IMG/VR virus record: IMGVR_UViG_3300002855_000234
Span: 1 to 58,317 of that record
Origin: a virus
Taxonomy: Duplodnaviria; Caudoviricetes
Reading direction: 5' to 3' (one strand)
DNA length: 58,317 nucleotides
Part shown: piece after piece, positions 56,701 through 58,317 of the stretch
How positions within the stretch are numbered: the first letter of the stretch is position 1
Layout: each line of letters starts with the position of its first letter
The notes under the pieces: generated by a model
What the model saw: only the letters and a program-made list of their open reading frames with translations
What the model was told of the DNA's origin: nothing
The model's database searches: none
Made by a program: the position numbers and the translations under genes

Positions 56701-58317
56701 GGAAGGTTCGCTGATGCCGATAAAATAGCTGCCGTTATTGACCGCCGAAGCGCCGTCCAGTATTTCCGTCGCGATATTACGGCTGCTTTTATAATAGCGG
56801 TTGGGATGTACCGTATTGGGATCGTTTTTCGTTGAGGTCGCGACCGAGATCACGCCGCTGGCGTTGTTGGTGTAGGTGGAGCCAGCGCCGCTGACCTGAT
56901 CGGCCCAGTTGGTGCCGTTGACGTTGAAGGTCAGGGAGCCGCTGTTGTTGAACTGCGCGCCGCTTTCGATCAGTGCGTTCTGGGTGTTGGTGTTATCAAC
57001 CACCACCGCCCCGAGGTTATTCACCGTACCTCCGTCATGTGCCCAGGCGTTATATGCCCGTGCCCACGTCTGGCCGATGGCCGCTACATTTGCATTCAGA
57101 TTCACCACCCCGCTGCCGGTGGCTTCAAAAATTGAGCGTTTGCCGATGGCTGCGCTCATTTCCGGTGAGATAAAGTAATCGGTGTAGTCGACCTTCGTCG
57201 GGTCGTAGGTATAGGTATATTCCGGGGCTACGTCCTTAAAAGCCTTGCGGAACCAGCCGTCGTAATCCGAAGAGGCCAGCGTATTGTCCTTTATCGCCGC
57301 GATTAATGCCTGATTGTAGGTATCCAGTGCATCGTTGGAATCAATCAGGTAGCTTTTGCCCTGGAAGGTAATGGTGGAACCGGAGAGAGCTTTGGTGGGG
57401 CCAAACGTTCCCGACACCGGGTTGGTATCGGCGGGATTGTTAACTCCGTCGGTGTAGGAAAACGTAACGCGTATTGGTGTATCTGCAGCCTGGTTAATGG
57501 TGCCATTGTCTGCAATAAACAGGGAGCTTTGCTTTACCTGGCCCGGTTGCCAGTCGATGGCGAAGCCATCGCTATTTTTTACGCCGTCGCTGACCAGGTC
57601 CAGGGTCGCGCCATTATTGATGGTGGCCAGAGTGAGCTGTACAAAAGGCTCGGTAGGCTGGGCGGTAATAATCTGCGCGGAAAAACCGGTCGCGCTGTCG
57701 ATATCACGGCTCACCTGGAGGGCCGAAGTGTCATAAACGTCGGCATAGCCAGTGGTGCCGTCAGTTTTTGTCCAGCTAAGTTGGTTTTTGCCATTCACCG
57801 CATCCAGGTTCCAGTCGGTGAATTCCGGCAGCGCGGAAAGCGTATTTCCGTCTTTGTCTTTAACCGTCAGTGCCCCTTTATTGTAAAGCTCTGAGGCGCT
57901 AACGCTGCTGACGGGAAGCGTGGCGGTTGGACCATCCACGGCGGGAAGCCATTGCACCCCATTGCTTAGAGAAAAAGTGGTATTACTGCTGAAGTTCTGG
58001 CTCTGATTTTTATAATTTGCGCTGTCCGTTGAGTCGACGGCGTCTTTTTTGCCATCGCTGTCGTTATCCTGTAGTGCGCCGGATATATAACATTCCCGCA
58101 CGCCGGCGCTTGCGCCCCCGGTCAGCGGTAATGAGGTGGTCGCACACTCTTCGGCGAAGGCGGGCTGAGCCAGCCATAGCGCCGGCAAAACGGCCAGCAG
58201 CGGTGTTTTGCTCAGCGCGGCTTTTCGTCCAGATTTCTTTTTACCGCGAGCCAGCTCGCTTGCAACCATCCATATTCCACGACTTGCATTAAAGACAACG
58301 CAATAAGAGCGGTTCAT
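50731..58317 (-). CDS. Large type Va autotransporter (AIDA-I-like adhesin)
   Basis: ESPR signal MNRSY.VVFN....W.VASE; beta-helix passenger, PATR repeats (LYKQGSGTLTL); barrel ending VGIKYQW. Confidence 0.93.
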   Translation of the reverse strand: MNRSYCVVFNASRGIWMVASELARGKKKSGRKAALSKTPLLAVLPALWLAQPAFAEECATTSLPLTGGASAGVRECYISGALQDNDSDGKKDAVDSTDSANYKNQSQNFSSNTTFSLSNGVQWLPAVDGPTATLPVSSVSASELYNKGALTVKDKDGNTLSALPEFTDWNLDAVNGKNQLSWTKTDGTTGYADVYDTSALQVSRDIDSATGFSAQIITAQPTEPFVQLTLATINNGATLDLVSDGVKNSDGFAIDWQPGQVKQSSLFIADNGTINQAADTPIRVTFSYTDGVNNPADTNPVSGTFGPTKALSGSTITFQGKSYLIDSNDALDTYNQALIAAIKDNTLASSDYDGWFRKAFKDVAPEYTYTYDPTKVDYTDYFISPEMSAAIGKRSIFEATGSGVVNLNANVAAIGQTWARAYNAWAHDGGTVNNLGAVVVDNTNTQNALIESGAQFNNSGSLTFNVNGTNWADQVSGAGSTYTNNASGVISVATSTKNDPNTVHPNRYYKSSRNIATEILDGASAVNNGSYFIGISEPSGKIGTATGAHITNAGSFTNNGTMTIGQDADGNSVALKGGSATETLNVDEAYNAVSAYVNNDGNPINITNSASGHINISDSAQNSVAMNIGADPVLTNTTGAVLTPQNVTVENAGTIDVLGKNSAGLKAAGAFTAANSDRIINTGTINVSGAGSSGIFSASGAEIVNDGTVVVTGSDSLGNRAYGIRADNATVTLENNSNLTVKGSNTTGLYARTGGIINVNGGTIDAPLDPSASNQVVFWVSGKNSEGKTSTIGFSDPTSYSLANSNSTLFRVDQGATYDGSSSNLVTVNVDGSGSNGYTIATKGTTFTSGGTTINVNGDNATGINVNSGAGTDGKVTLSGDTQIEVTGAGATIATVDGNTYDLLGKKVGQDGARLLTEAQLTAGSGGQVAENAIGYKVINKGELVQNGTIDFSNAADTTGVYIDGGTLTNNGDITSNGIGVDVYQTGASTSVVNNASNITAVDGTAAIRLNNKASLKVGGNGTIAGSGTADAIRVMSGASLTTSGANISVDGSGSGIHFLNTAGDAAGSTFHLSGSGNISVTGNNAAGITLEGQDNSGNPTQSNANMDTRGSEQLVINVNDQGGNGIVTNTSGYVYSGTSVNINSPDGQSALVVKGTTTDIQQTGNLTSASNNAAVVDLTQLSNPGSTVNLVNSGKITANGSGQAVDASNHSGTVNVTNSGSGSITGSVLLGGGNNVIALKDASSTDNILTGNGNNSITVQNTAKLTDTLTAGDGANTVTLKDTSQVNNLALGNGNNTITVQNGAKLTGTLTAGDGANTLDLKDTSQTQAVALGNGGNQVNIYGGTHNGSLTSGSGNDSYTLHGVNTGNATPVQSSNAFSSINGGAGTDLLTVTDGSWYILNNAAAVQNMENLNVEKGSTFEVKNTDLALNNAGAGTNIVSLDGDSTYYIDFDATPSDYLLKQDIRGSGTIRTNTNGKAFDFANADYTQNNFTGTLALGNGQFTVADDNTRALTNATLQLDPDGLAILQKDQPTQIIGGLRFNGGTLFVQEDFIGSKENALQSHMQVTDLDISGEGSVHIVANGFDNDYNPQKQLEDLSRKSLLRQDEGNTLVTIVKATGEVTGKAVDIDLDLTKPDGSPLPGSEDQQQDIRQGGEKVATGTYGIGGTTGELGDGLYAAYLLKQIDVLGGKTVNLATSPGDIKNSLDLSARITGAGSVSINGYGDYLSLSNHHNDYTGSTTVNYGTLVLADDTVLGQEDKYTRALNLLAGTQVKLGGTTQYIGQLNGNAGSTAALVQGTLNVASGGSVAGQITSSADANLNVNGGTLDITSANAGYHGTTAIASAATTNIHHVTGLGDGAITLAGTLNVIKAAAGNLVNRLSGEGKANIINGSDVNLTGNNTAFSGDFNVGANSILRASSAQNIGDGPQVAPLARAMVMAAASTPADIHNSGDLVLTNTQVNTWTVNNLIDGTGNLYKQGSGTLTLTQQAAQYTGQTWITQGALTAGEEATPVNMTTSALNIAQGTAFGGYGSTAGAVNNQGTFYVGGLDKASLDSATTYLVKGNFSNAGEIVLGSDNVTGSTLNIGGDYLSQGGSLHLNTVLNKGFAETDTDQMRVSGNVRDAGGATRIFVQNVGGKGAFTQPDAIKLVDVKGRSDSNAFVLGRPTVIGVYEYRLNRGVDDNSWYLSSFNPAYPPSENQGVAELHYVNPMIGAFAANQNALSLFNMTLHDRLGEPQYAESLRQDDDFAHSLWLRVVGSHQRYDAIDDQLRIDGHSTVVQLGHDIIHWSDNQNWRGRVGIMGGVGNQQFTSQSHHTGSRATANVDSAYSVGLYGTLYQNDDNPLGTYVDTWALYNWYNNSVGMSGYSDAKYDSHGYNLSIEAGHTWVFAKDVEKQREWQFQPQAQLTYGQLTSDAASSDSGLNIGKNKSNSLESRLGARLTRVYNFKEGQSVQPFVEANWRHQFRDNTLTFNERYDFDNQPPENRYELKLGVEGQRNKNLNGWANVSYSVGDREYREPKAMVGIKYQW

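Noticed and set aside
51015-57894. Long plus-strand ORFs (e.g. 52381-53700)
   Set aside because: Antisense shadows of the autotransporter's codon bias

Overview
Positions 1-50459 are an apparently complete lambdoid (siphovirus-type) prophage of an enterobacterium. It has a DLP12/P22-type integrase and ends at a duplicated 3' half of tRNA-Arg(UCU) (attR, 50415-50459); attL should lie just left of the window. Gene order is int-xis, leftward early operon (PAPS-reductase-like gene, two adenine methylases, RecT, Gam/Kil-like), cI/cro with six ACAG-N6-CTGT-type operators, cII, O, DnaB, nin region, Q, phage tRNA-Arg(UCU), lysis, head, tail, tailspike and conversion morons. Beyond attR is a 2528-aa autotransporter. 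The most unusual items are: (1) a ~310-nt densely base-paired, probably non-coding element between Rz and terS, closed by a long-range helix; (2) an Ala1 class-3 (WCT) LAGLIDADG intein in DnaB; (3) a c4-like antisense RNA heading a three-gene moron; (4) paired GGAU-loop hairpins before the scaffold and capsid genes; (5) a GH141-like tailspike followed by a separate S74-chaperone gene and an acyltransferase; (6) a G11 tract forming the cro RBS. All family calls come from motif recognition by eye; no searches or folding programs were run.
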